Shown: positions 63,446-64,000 of the stretch, in pieces
Layout of the letters: each line of letters begins with the position of its first letter
How positions within the stretch are numbered: the first letter of the stretch is position 1
Source: Mizuhopecten yessoensis
Taxonomy: Eukaryota
Reading direction: 5' to 3'
Assembly (NCBI RefSeq): GCF_002113885.1
Contig: NW_018408310.1
Span: 184,201-248,200, forward strand
Length of the DNA stretch: 64,000 bases
The notes under the pieces: generated by a model
What the model saw: only the letters and a program-made list of their open reading frames with translations
What the model was told of the DNA's origin: nothing
The model's database searches: none
Program-made: the position numbers and the translations under genes

Positions 63446-64000
63446 TCGTCGTTCGTCTCTCGTGTATAGATTGACCGATGAATAATATCAACTGAGAACT
63501 ATCTCCATGGGTATTGCTTCATTAATTTTCTGTCGTCGTCCTTCATGAATTACGTTCAGATGCATTAGTCACGAAAACTGACTATGTAGCATCATCAACA
63601 GTTGGGTGAATGAATATCGCCGGCTCTTGTTGGGGTAGACAGAAGGGGTGTTTTCATTTGAGACTTCATGTTCTAGCATTATTTACTTGAAAAACATAGA
63701 ATATCGTTATACTGTTTATCGTTAATTAGGTACCAGGTAATAATTTCTTACAAGAAAAACATATGTTTTATCATCGGGACCATGTTGTTAGATTTGCAGG
63801 TCTATATGATCAAGGATCGTTGTTGTTCTACACATCAGATTGACTGTCCACACCTTATAAACATTCAGAATCTTCGAAAATACTTATTATATGATTCTTT
63901 CGAAGATGAAGATAAAATAAAACAGTTTTTCTTGTATAAAAAAAATAGCGGGTGCTTTTTGTAATTAAGATACACTAACACTAACACTGCTAAGGTGTTA

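Larger units (their letters stand above)
51842..64000 (+). repeat. Segmental tandem duplication, unit 2 (runs off the window end)
   Basis: Collinear with 36571-~51350. Confidence 0.9.

Overview
AT-rich eukaryotic genomic DNA with spliceosomal introns. The repeat repertoire (tRNA-derived SINEs, a HINE-like element, an AcademH-like element) suggests a lophotrochozoan, probably a bivalve mollusc; this is inference. The window holds one intronless class-A GPCR (3620-4819, minus) and a cluster of heme-DOMON genes reconstructed by hand from splice sites. Four are secreted single-DOMON genes with GPI-signal-like tails: A (10376-16273, +), B (20077-27692, +), D (43848-47519, -) and E (57385-61446, -). 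One is a DOMON + cytochrome b561 gene (C, FRRS1/SDR2-like, no reeler domain found, 30965-39643, +). The only convincing leader exon for C lies ~24 kb upstream at 6835-6885, which would nest A and B on the same strand inside an intron of C. A ~15 kb head-to-tail duplication (36571-51840 / 51842-end) produced D/E and a pseudogenised 3' half of C. The most unusual elements are a 26-copy 61-bp array built from a splice acceptor plus exon start of C, where most units look like in-frame 24-nt microexons, and a 544-bp AcademH-like deletion derivative that retains the starts of two convergent genes. Most short ORFs in the supplied track are repeat or intron noise.
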